Origin: an uncultured bacterium
GTDB taxonomy: Bacteria > Verrucomicrobiota > Lentisphaeria > Victivallales > UBA1829
Assembly: GCA_949297765.1 (NCBI GenBank)
Contig: CASFTV010000004.1
Coordinates: forward strand, 85,115-149,114
Length of the DNA: 64,000 bases
Reading direction: 5' to 3'
Below, piece after piece: positions 50,271 to 59,577 of the stretch. Below the pieces are notes generated by a model, which had not been told where the DNA came from, did no database searches, and saw nothing but the letters and a program-made list of their open reading frames with translations. Position 1 is the stretch's first letter, and every line of letters begins with the position of its first letter. The position numbers were made by a program, and so were the translations under genes.

Positions 50271-50386
50271 GAGGAGTTCTGAAAAATATTTCACATTTAA
50301 TACAGAATTAAAGAAATCAAAGAAATATTTTTCATACATGCAAGAAAATCCGAAGAATTTTATACTTTTTAAACTGTTTAGATTTC

Positions 50387-50414
50387 TTGATTTTTTCTGA
50401 AATTATGCTATAGT
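50387..50414 (+). promoter_or_regulatory. Sigma70-like promoter TTGATT-16-TATAGT for the MATE gene
   Basis: Lies in the AT-rich divergent intergenic region. The -10 overlaps the GTG at 50413 used by the ORF track, which favours the ATG at 50446 as the true start. Confidence 0.4.
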
Positions 50415-50445
50415 GCGGCTTTACACGATCAGGAATGGACTCCCA

Positions 50446-51870
50446 ATGAAAGAGAACGAATCGAAAGCCGCTTACACGACGGGGCCGATTGGGAAAACGA
50501 TGCTGATGACCGCGTTTTCCATGCTGGCCGGAACCCTTGCCATGTCCGGATACAACATTGCGGACACCTACTTTGTCGGCCAGCTCGGGAAAATCCCTCT
50601 TGCGGCCATGGGGTTCACCTTTCCCGTGATTATGCTGATCGGCTGCGTTTTCCGCGGACTCGGCGTCGGCGTGATGACCAACGCGGCCCAGGCGCTCGGG
50701 AGCGGCAACAACGGGAAAGCGGCAAAACTGATCACCTCCGGCCTCCTGCTGATCTTTCTTGTTTCGATTTTCTTTGCGGTGACGGGAATCAACTGCATCG
50801 AACCGACCTTTGCGCTGTTCGGAGCCAATGACGAGGTGATGCCGGATATCCGCGCCTATATGACAACCTGGTATCTGGGATGCTGCACCGCTTCGCTCGG
50901 AATGGCGGGAAACGACCTTCTGATCGCGGCGGGAGATTCGAAAATCGCGAGTTTCATGATGATGTCCGGAATGATTCTCAATGTGATATTCGATCCGCTA
51001 TTCATCATGGGGTTCGGCCCGCTGCCGGCGATGGGGATCAAGGGAGCTGCGATTGCGACGGTTCTTTCGCAGCTGGTGTCCGCGCTGGTTGTTCTGACAA
51101 TTCTTGCCCGCCGCCACGGTCTGATTCTGTTTGCGCCGATGCCGCTGACGATTCTCCGGACGACCTGGGCGGTGATTGTGCGGTATGCGATTCCCTCGAC
51201 GATCGGGATGCTGATGATGCCTCTCGGTTCTGCGGTTGTCACAAAGATCACGGCGTATTTCGGGAATACGGCGGTGGCGGCCTCCGCGGCGGCGGGACGG
51301 CTGGAAATGATCGCCTTCATCTTCCCGATGGCGCTCGGAATAGCGCTTCTCCCGATGATCGGGCAGAATTACGGGGCATGGCTGTACAGCCGGATCAATC
51401 AGTGCCGGAGATTTGCCATGCGCTTTGCCTTTTTCTTCCTGCTGGGAATGGGAGCAATTTACATGATCTGGGCGCCGGCGCTGGTTGGATTTTTCTCACC
51501 GGATCCGGAGGTGCAGCGAATCATGGTGCTGTATATGAGGATCATTCCGATCGGATTCGGAATGATTGAAGTTCACCGGTATGCGACCTTCTTTTTCACG
51601 GGGTGCGCCCAGCCGTCGGTGGCGGCGTGGCTGAACGCGTTCCGGATTGTCGGGCTGATGATTCCGTTTTCGCTGCTAGCGCTGTGGCTGAATTCACTGC
51701 CAATGCTGTTTGCGGCGCGGATGCTGGCCGATGTGCTGGCGGGAGCGCTCGGATGCTGGCTGGCGCGCGGGCTGACGCGGTCGCTGCCGCAGGATGGACG
51801 GGCACCGTATGTATATCGGAAACGGCCCTGGTATCTGAGTTTTCTTCCGGGAAGGCCGGTCGGCGTGTAA
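50446..51870 (+). CDS. MATE family efflux transporter
   Basis: N-terminus GPIGKTMLMTAFSMLAGTLAMSGYNIADTYFVGQLGKIPLAAMGF. About 12 TM segments and a duplicated 6-TM architecture typical of NorM/DinF-type MATE proteins. Confidence 0.85.
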   Translation: MKENESKAAYTTGPIGKTMLMTAFSMLAGTLAMSGYNIADTYFVGQLGKIPLAAMGFTFPVIMLIGCVFRGLGVGVMTNAAQALGSGNNGKAAKLITSGLLLIFLVSIFFAVTGINCIEPTFALFGANDEVMPDIRAYMTTWYLGCCTASLGMAGNDLLIAAGDSKIASFMMMSGMILNVIFDPLFIMGFGPLPAMGIKGAAIATVLSQLVSALVVLTILARRHGLILFAPMPLTILRTTWAVIVRYAIPSTIGMLMMPLGSAVVTKITAYFGNTAVAASAAAGRLEMIAFIFPMALGIALLPMIGQNYGAWLYSRINQCRRFAMRFAFFFLLGMGAIYMIWAPALVGFFSPDPEVQRIMVLYMRIIPIGFGMIEVHRYATFFFTGCAQPSVAAWLNAFRIVGLMIPFSLLALWLNSLPMLFAARMLADVLAGALGCWLARGLTRSLPQDGRAPYVYRKRPWYLSFLPGRPVGV

Positions 51871-51921
51871 CGATCGGTTGACAGGATCACCTCCGGGCAA
51901 CCCATTATCCAAGGAGGTCTT

Positions 51922-52356
51922 ATGTCAGCCGAATCCAGCGGTTACAACATCACGGTGACCTGCACGCAGGATCCCGCCATCACGTTCAACTGCAAAGCAA
52001 AGAAGCGCCCGGGCCTGCGTCTTGCGTCGAAGATCGACGTGACGACCGACCATTCCCGTTCCGCTCGGGAGTACGAACCCGGCGGTCTGCTCGAAATCAC
52101 GGACGGACAGCTGACCGTCCCGGACGATCCCGAACTGGAACGTTCCGTTCTGGCGATTCTCGGGAAAAAAGGGGTCATCACCTTCCGAGGGAAAAGCACA
52201 GGGCGGGAGGTCCGATACAGCAATGCCTGGTTTGCCTCCTACAGCCCCGTCGAAGTCTCGCTGGACAGCACGCAGCCGACAGCGGTCATCACGATCCAGT
52301 CCGCCGGCGGCGCCGTCTCGCTTCCGGAAGTGGCCGAGACTCTCCCCGGAGACTGA
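51922..52356 (+). CDS. Phage tail tube (major tail)-like protein, 144 aa (tentative)
   Basis: Perfect AAGGAGG RBS. The size and the motif KIDVTTDHSRSAREYEPGG resemble the xVDVTxxxSxxxxExxxG stretch of siphovirus/GTA major tail proteins (recollection, not searched). Confidence 0.45.
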   Translation: MSAESSGYNITVTCTQDPAITFNCKAKKRPGLRLASKIDVTTDHSRSAREYEPGGLLEITDGQLTVPDDPELERSVLAILGKKGVITFRGKSTGREVRYSNAWFASYSPVEVSLDSTQPTAVITIQSAGGAVSLPEVAETLPGD

Positions 52357-52358
52357 AT

Positions 52359-52727
52359 ATGGCCTACTGCACAAAAGAAGAACTGCTCCGTCGGCGACAT
52401 CCAGTCCGGACCTGTGATCTTGAACTTTCTCCGGGACGGCGCCTGAAAATCGGCCCTCTCCTTCCGGAAATCCGGGCGAATTTCCCGCGGAAAAGCTCTT
52501 GGGAAAAACTGCTTCTCGCGCTCCATTACGGGATTCAGGAACAGAAATTGAGCATTCCGGAAGCCGCCGGCTTCGTGAATGCGGAACCGCTGGAAGCGAT
52601 CGTGGTCGGCAAACGGATTCTGGAGCTGTCCGGAGACTATGACCGGCCGGAGAGAACACGCCGGGATGAAACAGAACATTTCTTTGCGGCGCTTGAAGGA
52701 ATCGCCGGAATGAGAGGAGAAAGATGA
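52359..52727 (+). CDS. Tail-assembly-chaperone-like protein, 122 aa (tentative)
   Basis: Starts 2 nt after the upstream stop. The call rests on size, position after the tube gene, and the -1-frame overlap with the next ORF. Confidence 0.35.
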   Translation: MAYCTKEELLRRRHPVRTCDLELSPGRRLKIGPLLPEIRANFPRKSSWEKLLLALHYGIQEQKLSIPEAAGFVNAEPLEAIVVGKRILELSGDYDRPERTRRDETEHFFAALEGIAGMRGER

Positions 52728-53026
52728 GTGAATTTGCATCGCTGACTCTGGAACTGGACACAACCCCGTTTGAGGAGGCTCTGCGGGAATGCGAAAATGC
52801 CGTCGCCGGCCTGGAAGACACAGGAACCACGGAGAACGGACAGGAAAACGGAACAGCGGAAGCGGGTTCCGGAACAGAAATTCTCGCTGCCCTTGAATCT
52901 GCCTCGCTGACCGGCGTCGGCCCCTCCCTGGAGACAATCAGCAGCCAGCTTTCAGAAATTTCTGCGCTTCTGAACCAGATCGCAGGAGAAAAGAGCGTCC
53001 GATTCGAACTGGTCACCGCAGTCTGA
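52724..53026 (+). CDS. Acidic 100-aa hypothetical protein, in the position of chaperone T or a tape-measure N-terminus
   Basis: ATGA overlap with the upstream ORF and its own AGGAGAAAG RBS. Sequence MSEFASLTLELDTTPFEEALRE..., with an acidic low-complexity centre. Confidence 0.4.
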   Translation: MSEFASLTLELDTTPFEEALRECENAVAGLEDTGTTENGQENGTAEAGSGTEILAALESASLTGVGPSLETISSQLSEISALLNQIAGEKSVRFELVTAV

Positions 53027-53171
53027 ACAGAAAGTTTATTTCTGAAAGATCCTGTTTTATTTAACCAGAGATATTCCAAGAGAATTCCAGCCGCACGGTC
53101 CAGCCCGGCTTCTGTAAGAACGCACCTCCGGCGGATGCCTCCCGAAGCCTCAAATTGACACGCCTGCAAAC

Positions 53172-53199
53172 TTGACATTTTCAAGAAACAGGATATATT
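53172..53199 (+). promoter_or_regulatory. Sigma70-like promoter TTGACA-16-TATATT ahead of gmd
   Basis: Exact TTGACA at 53172 (a second TTGACA is at 53155) and TATATT at 53194, about 50 nt before the ATG at 53250. Confidence 0.4.
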
Positions 53200-53210
53200 T
53201 ACCTGAGTGA

Positions 53211-54233
<1,023 letters not shown>

Positions 54234-54290
54234 AAATGAACGTCCGGTTTATACTCTCCAAGTCAAGGCTGATAAAACCTATTTTGGGAT

Positions 54291-54318
54291 TTGCTGTCCG
54301 TAAATCATGAAGTATAAT
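54291..54318 (+). promoter_or_regulatory. Sigma70-like promoter TTGCTG-16-TATAAT ahead of the repeat/methyltransferase gene
   Basis: Exact TATAAT at 54313..54318, about 60 nt upstream of the ATG at 54381. Confidence 0.4.
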
Positions 54319-54380
54319 TAAGAACAGTTTTTTGGTACCGTTTCTTAAGAAATCGTCCCGGCTGGAGAGAGGAGCAGTGC

Positions 54381-55467
54381 ATGAAGGCTGAAAAGTTGAC
54401 ACCATCATTTTTTCCCCGTTTTTTTCGTTTAATCAGGAAAAAGATCGTTGATTTTCTCTTTGCAGATGAATTGGCTTCGCTGGAAACAAAATTACGCCAG
54501 GATTTTTCTGCAAAAATTCAAAAGCTTGAAGCAAATCGTCGGGAATTAATTCTAGAAATTCAGAATCTGCAGAAAAAGACTGAAGAAGAATTACTTCCGT
54601 GGCTGAACAATTTGCAGAAAAAGACTGAAGAAGAATTACTTCCGTGGCTGAACAATTTGCAGAAAACTTCCGTGGCTGAACAATCTGCAGAAAAAGACTG
54701 AAGAAGAATTACTTCCGTGGCTGAGCAATCTGCAGGAAAAGACCGAAAAAGAATTACTTCCGTGGCTGAGCAATCTGCAGGAAAAGACCGAAGAAGAATT
54801 GATCCCGAGGTTACATGAATTCACGAGAAAAACCTCGGATCTTGTTGAAATACGGAGGAAGACAGAAACCCTCTATTTTGATCGCTATGGTTCGCTCGGA
54901 ATCAATTACCTCGAATATGAAAATGTCTTTCGCGGAGATGTAGAAGATATAAAAAAGCGTTTTCTCATGTATCTGCCGTATTTTGACGGTATTCCTGGAT
55001 ATATCTTGGATCTGGGTTGTGGTCGTGGCGAGATGCTGCAATTGTTGACCGAACACGGATTCGAATGTAAAGGAGTGGATTGCGACCAGGATATGGTTCA
55101 ATTTTGTCATCACTTATGCTTAAATGTGGATCTGACAGATGCTATCTCTTATTTGGAAAATGCTCCAGATGAAAGTATTGGCGCAATTTTTATTGGACAG
55201 CTCGTTGAACATCTTGGATCAAGAATCTTTGTGAAATTGATGAGGCTTTGTCAGCAGAAATTGATGAGGAATGGGGTTCTCCTGTATGAAACTCTGGATC
55301 CGGAATCTCCGGATTTTCTGAAATATTTTTATATGGATTTTTCCCATGTTTTTCCCATTAATCCGCACAGTGCGGAATATCTTCTGAAAACATTGGGTTG
55401 GCAGGAAGTCAGGAGAGTCCCGACATACTTTCCCGACGTTGACTATGCAATGTTCGCAAGGAAATAA
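54381..55467 (+). pseudogene. Coiled-coil repeat protein fused to a class I SAM-dependent methyltransferase, split by a frameshift in the repeat array
   Basis: ORF 54381..54701 (frame 0) ends inside the repeats. ORF 54799..55467 carries methyltransferase motif I ILDLGCGRGEM, and its frame (frame 1) is open back to 54652. A 17-nt deletion in repeat copy 3 accounts exactly for the frame change. Confidence 0.7.
54564..54800 (+). repeat. Tandem 45-nt (15-codon) repeat, about 5.6 copies, consensus NLQKKTEEELLPWLN
   Basis: Copies at 54564-54608, 54609-54653, 54654-54681 (28 nt, truncated), 54682-54726 and 54727-54771, plus a partial copy at 54772-54800. Copies differ by 0-5 substitutions. Confidence 0.95.
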
Positions 55468-55484
55468 CTCAAAGAGAGAATTTT

Positions 55485-56990
55485 ATGAAAAAGACAGATA
55501 AAAAAATCCGTATTTTATATGATGGTACCATTTTAGCGGATGGTCTTGGAAAGGGTTCGAATCGTTCCGGGATTTTTATGGTTGTATATCATATTTTTGC
55601 AGAGCTGTTGAAATATCCACAATTGGAAATATGGCTCTATTCCGCACCGGAAAGGCTTGCGGAAGTGGAGGCTTTTATCTATCATTGTATGCCTGCGTAT
55701 CACCGCAAGATCCGCATCATCAATGATCCAACGTATTATCCTGACGACCTTCCTTTGCTGGATCGTTTTGTCTTGAAAACGAGAGCATATAAGAATAATT
55801 TATGTTCTCAGCACAAATGTCTGCGCTGTCAGGCAGTACGCGGTCTTCTTCTTTTTTTCAAAGTTGTGAGAAGACTCAGGAATTATCTCCAGCCATCAAT
55901 GAAAAATATTCTTTCCTGTGATATGAAGTCGCGGATTTCTCTGTTTGATGCAGCTTTGTCACCAGCCTTTCCCCACTTGCCGGAAGTTTTAGAAAATCAT
56001 AAAATAAAGCGTTATACGATTCTTTATGATACAATACCATATATTTTTCCGGATTTATTCCCTGATACAATAGGTGGGTATTCATGGGGATTAGAACTCC
56101 TTCAATCCCTGAATGCGGATGATATTTGTTTTGCAATCTCTCTCCAAACCAAAAAAGACTACCTGTATTTTTCAAAACTTTATCGCGAATACGATTCAGA
56201 TCTTTTGAAGATGTTTTGTTCCAGGGTAAATTGCAATCCATATACCAGTCAGGTTGTAACTGCTCTGCAGAGGAGAAAACAAAACGGATTGCTGCCTCCG
56301 AATCCTCAAGATTCCGCATTGCAGGAATGCAACATTGAGGTCATGTTACTGGCTGCGGATAAACGTTTTCATCCGGAAGAGTCTATAAACAGGAAAAAAC
56401 AGATTTTCAGCAAATATAACCTTCCGGCGAAAGGGAAATATATTTTCAGCCTTTGTACATTGGAAAAAAGGAAAAATATTATCTATTCGATTCGAAATTT
56501 TTTGGAATTCATTGAGAAAAACCATATTGATGATCTTTACTTTGTTTTGGGCGGTGGTTTTTGGAATACCTATCGCAAGGAGTTGGACAGTATTCTTGGG
56601 CAAGCAGAAAAAGCAGATCGGATTCTGCGAATAGGGTATGTCGATGATGAGGATGTAAACGTACTGTATTCCAACGCCCTTTGTATGGTTTATCCCAGTT
56701 TGTATGAGGGCTTTGGACTTCCCGTATTGGAGGCTATGCAGTGTGGATGCCCTGTGATTGCATCCAATAATTCTTCAATTCCAGAAGTTGCGGGTGATGC
56801 CTGTATTTTAATAGATATTACCAGAGACGAGCCTCTTCAAGAGGCGCTTAAAAAAGTCTATTCAGACTCGGAATTAAGAAAATCTCTTGCAGCAAAAGGT
56901 CTTGCGCAGGCGAAGCGTTTTTCTTGGAATAAAGCAGGGAAAATCATCGTTTCAAGGATTTTAAAAGATTTCAACTCAGGGAAGCAATAA
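55485..56990 (+). CDS. Glycosyltransferase family 4 (GT-B)
   Basis: C-terminal E-x7-E region [37 protein letters not shown]. Confidence 0.85.
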   Translation: MKKTDKKIRILYDGTILADGLGKGSNRSGIFMVVYHIFAELLKYPQLEIWLYSAPERLAEVEAFIYHCMPAYHRKIRIINDPTYYPDDLPLLDRFVLKTRAYKNNLCSQHKCLRCQAVRGLLLFFKVVRRLRNYLQPSMKNILSCDMKSRISLFDAALSPAFPHLPEVLENHKIKRYTILYDTIPYIFPDLFPDTIGGYSWGLELLQSLNADDICFAISLQTKKDYLYFSKLYREYDSDLLKMFCSRVNCNPYTSQVVTALQRRKQNGLLPPNPQDSALQECNIEVMLLAADKRFHPEESINRKKQIFSKYNLPAKGKYIFSLCTLEKRKNIIYSIRNFLEFIEKNHIDDLYFVLGGGFWNTYRKELDSILGQAEKADRILRIGYVDDEDVNVLYSNALCMVYPSLYEGFGLPVLEAMQCGCPVIASNNSSIPEVAGDACILIDITRDEPLQEALKKVYSDSELRKSLAAKGLAQAKRFSWNKAGKIIVSRILKDFNSGKQ

Positions 56991-56991
56991 C

Positions 56992-58338
56992 ATGATTTAT
57001 TATGATCTAACCAGCAGCATGACCTATATAGGTCGGAATCCGGTCGGGATTGTTCGTGTTGAAATGAAACTGGCGGAATATATACTGAAACATATGAGTC
57101 CGGAGGAAATCACTTTCTGCTATTTTGATTTGACCTATCATAGAGTCAGTTATTTGAGATTTTCAGATGCGCAAGGAGTGTTGGAGCAGATCGGGTCTAC
57201 GATGCGCGTCGGCACTGCTATGGAATCCTCGCAGAATAACCAGGTCCCCCCGCAGCAGAATGAGCTTTCCCGCAGGGAGATGTTTTGGGTCTATGTAAGA
57301 AAAGCCAAGGAAGCCATAAAACAACTTCTTGTGTTGCAAAACCAGCATCATTCAGAACCGGCTCTAAAGAAATGCTCATCCGAATCGTTGTTGGAGCCTT
57401 TGGATGTAGCCTGGAATGAAAACGATATATTTGTCACGGTCGGTTTAATCTGGGATATCTGGCCAGTGAATCGTCTTTATCTGGCCAGGAAACTCAAACA
57501 TTTTAAAGTCGTCGGCATGATTCATGACATGATTCCATATTTTGCACCGGAATTTTGTCGAGGCGTACCGCCCTCTTTTTTCCAGGCAGTTGTTGACCTG
57601 ATCTGGAGTTCCAGTCTTATAATAGCGCCTTCTCTGCGAAGTTCAGAGGATATTCAATGTTTTGCAAGGGAATCACATATTCCCTGTTCGAGGATCTGTG
57701 TGAATATGCATGGTACAGATGTGATACATCTTTCTGAAGACTATATTCCTCCTCGAGAAGAGATTGATGTTTCTAAGCTGGTTCCAGGGCACTTTATTTT
57801 CCAGGTTGGAACCATGGAGCCCCGGAAAAATCATCAGGTAATTTATAATGCGTACCGCATACTGGTCAACGAAGGTTTTCAGCCGATGATGTGGGTGTTT
57901 GTTGGAGCCCAGGCATGGGGATGTGCAGATTTAGTGGAATCAATAAAATTAAATCCGGCTTTATATCCGAAATATATTATGATGTCAAACCGGGTTTCTG
58001 ATCAGACTTTAGCGTGGCTGTATAAGAATTGTGCATTTACAGTTTATCCTTCCTTCTATGAGGGGTGGGGATTGCCGGTATCGGAATCATTGGCGTTTGG
58101 AAAATTTTGTCTTACAGGAACCAATTCCGCTCTTGCTGAGGCTGGAAGCGGAATTACAGAGCAGATCAATCCGTTTGATGCTCTGACCTGGGCAAAAATA
58201 TTGCAATATTATATGCAGGATCCAGAACATTTGAAACAGAAAGAAGAGCGAATTCAAGCTCAATATAAAATTCGGAGTTGGACTCAGAGCAGCGAAGAAT
58301 TTTTTGCCCATATCAAGAAATTCCAAAGAGAAGGATGA
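56992..58338 (+). CDS. Glycosyltransferase family 4-like (GT-B)
   Basis: Motif YPSFYEGWGLPVSESLAFGKFCLTGTNSALAEAGSG. Starts 1 nt after the upstream stop. Confidence 0.8.
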   Translation: MIYYDLTSSMTYIGRNPVGIVRVEMKLAEYILKHMSPEEITFCYFDLTYHRVSYLRFSDAQGVLEQIGSTMRVGTAMESSQNNQVPPQQNELSRREMFWVYVRKAKEAIKQLLVLQNQHHSEPALKKCSSESLLEPLDVAWNENDIFVTVGLIWDIWPVNRLYLARKLKHFKVVGMIHDMIPYFAPEFCRGVPPSFFQAVVDLIWSSSLIIAPSLRSSEDIQCFARESHIPCSRICVNMHGTDVIHLSEDYIPPREEIDVSKLVPGHFIFQVGTMEPRKNHQVIYNAYRILVNEGFQPMMWVFVGAQAWGCADLVESIKLNPALYPKYIMMSNRVSDQTLAWLYKNCAFTVYPSFYEGWGLPVSESLAFGKFCLTGTNSALAEAGSGITEQINPFDALTWAKILQYYMQDPEHLKQKEERIQAQYKIRSWTQSSEEFFAHIKKFQREG

Positions 58339-59552
58339 TAAACATGAGGGCTCTGCAATTTGTGTCTTATCCATTTGTGAATCCCATGCATGGAGGACAG
58401 CTCCGGGTGTCATTCATGAATAAAGCTTTGCAAAATGCAGGGATAGAGACTTTTTCCATTTCTGTTTTTGACAAAGCTCATTATCAGGAATATTCTGAAT
58501 TGGATTTTCCCATTCCATCAAACTTGTTTACATATTATCTGGCAGATCATCCCTGGGATTTGATGATTTCCAATGTGGTGGCGAATAATCCGGAACTTTA
58601 TCCTATTTTCGTTGAACGGGTAAGATCTGTTAATGCTGATCTCTATATTTTTGAGCATCCGTGGTTGTGGCCGCTGATGCGGAAAGTTATTCAGGATTAT
58701 CCGGAACTGGACAGAAAGATCGTTTTCTCAACACACAATATAGAATATGAGCTTCTTCGCTCTATTCTGCAGAGTAGTACACCAATACTAGATAAACATG
58801 ATCAATGGTTGGTTTCTTATGTTTATGAATTGGAAAAAGAACTCGCAGAACGGGCCGATTTGCTTATTGCCTGTACGAAAACGGATGCGGAAATGTTTTC
58901 CGGAAATTTTGCCGTAAAAAAAGTCTGTGTCTATGCGAATGGAATTAGCCGTCCCGGACTAATTCCTGAGGAGGTAAGAAAGAAATACGTTGAACGTTAT
59001 AAAAATCTTCATGTTGCTTCTTTTGTCGGTTCAGCCCATCCCCCGAATGCAGATGGCTGGGAGAAAATGATGGGTAAAAATATGGGATTCCTGCCTCCGG
59101 ATGGGAAGGTTATTATTATGGGTGGGGTTGCAGATCTGCTTAGGAGTCGACCCGGAGATCAACGTTTCACGGTATTGAACTTTTCCCGGACTGATATGTT
59201 GGGAAGACTCCCCGCGGAAGATTTGAATGCAATCCTTGAGCGATCTGATGTTATTCTGCTTCCGATTACAACCGGAGGCGGGTCCAATTTAAAAACAGCG
59301 GAAGCATTGATCAGTGAGAAACCGATTATTTCCACTTCGCTGGCTTTCCGCGGATTCTCGGAATTCATGAATTATCCAAATGTTTTTATCGCTGACAATC
59401 CTGTCGTGTTCCAGGAAAAACTATACGAGTGGATACAAAATCCGCCCCAATATGTTTTATCCCCGGAACAGAAGACCTCATTGGAAAAACTTTTGTGGGG
59501 AAACATTCTGAAAACTTATCCGGAAGAAATCTTGGAAATTGCAGGAAACTGA
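58335..59552 (+). CDS. Glycosyltransferase, GT-B fold (GT4-like)
   Basis: N-terminus MRALQFVSYPFVNPMHGGQLRV and C-terminal GGGSNLKTAEALISEKPIIST. The ATG at 58335 overlaps the upstream TGA; ATG 58344 is an alternative. Confidence 0.65.
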   Translation: MINMRALQFVSYPFVNPMHGGQLRVSFMNKALQNAGIETFSISVFDKAHYQEYSELDFPIPSNLFTYYLADHPWDLMISNVVANNPELYPIFVERVRSVNADLYIFEHPWLWPLMRKVIQDYPELDRKIVFSTHNIEYELLRSILQSSTPILDKHDQWLVSYVYELEKELAERADLLIACTKTDAEMFSGNFAVKKVCVYANGISRPGLIPEEVRKKYVERYKNLHVASFVGSAHPPNADGWEKMMGKNMGFLPPDGKVIIMGGVADLLRSRPGDQRFTVLNFSRTDMLGRLPAEDLNAILERSDVILLPITTGGGSNLKTAEALISEKPIISTSLAFRGFSEFMNYPNVFIADNPVVFQEKLYEWIQNPPQYVLSPEQKTSLEKLLWGNILKTYPEEILEIAGN

Positions 59553-59577
59553 TCTTTAGGAAAAGGGACTTTTACAG

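Noticed and set aside
52697-52727. Programmed -1 ribosomal frameshift between the chaperone-like ORF2 and ORF3, as in phage lambda G/GT.
   Set aside because: The -1 frame is open only from 52697, and within that 31-nt window I find no canonical X-XXY-YYZ slippery heptamer. ORF3 has its own ATG and RBS. The frame geometry is noted in the findings, but a frameshift is not claimed.
53028-53044. A small hairpin CAGAAA-gttta-TTTCTG just after the trio stop codon, considered as an intrinsic terminator.
   Set aside because: It has only a 6-bp AT-rich stem, and no U-tract follows immediately. That is too weak to annotate.
51925-53184. The 419-aa minus-strand ORF covering the phage-like trio.
   Set aside because: It is antisense to three ORFs that each have a strong Shine-Dalgarno sequence and coupled starts and stops. 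Its translation is Ser/Arg/Pro-rich, and no RBS precedes its start.
54564-54800. The tandem 45-nt repeats considered as a possible CRISPR array or minisatellite.
   Set aside because: The copies are directly abutting with no spacers, they sit inside a coding region, and they encode a conserved 15-aa peptide repeat. No cas genes are present.
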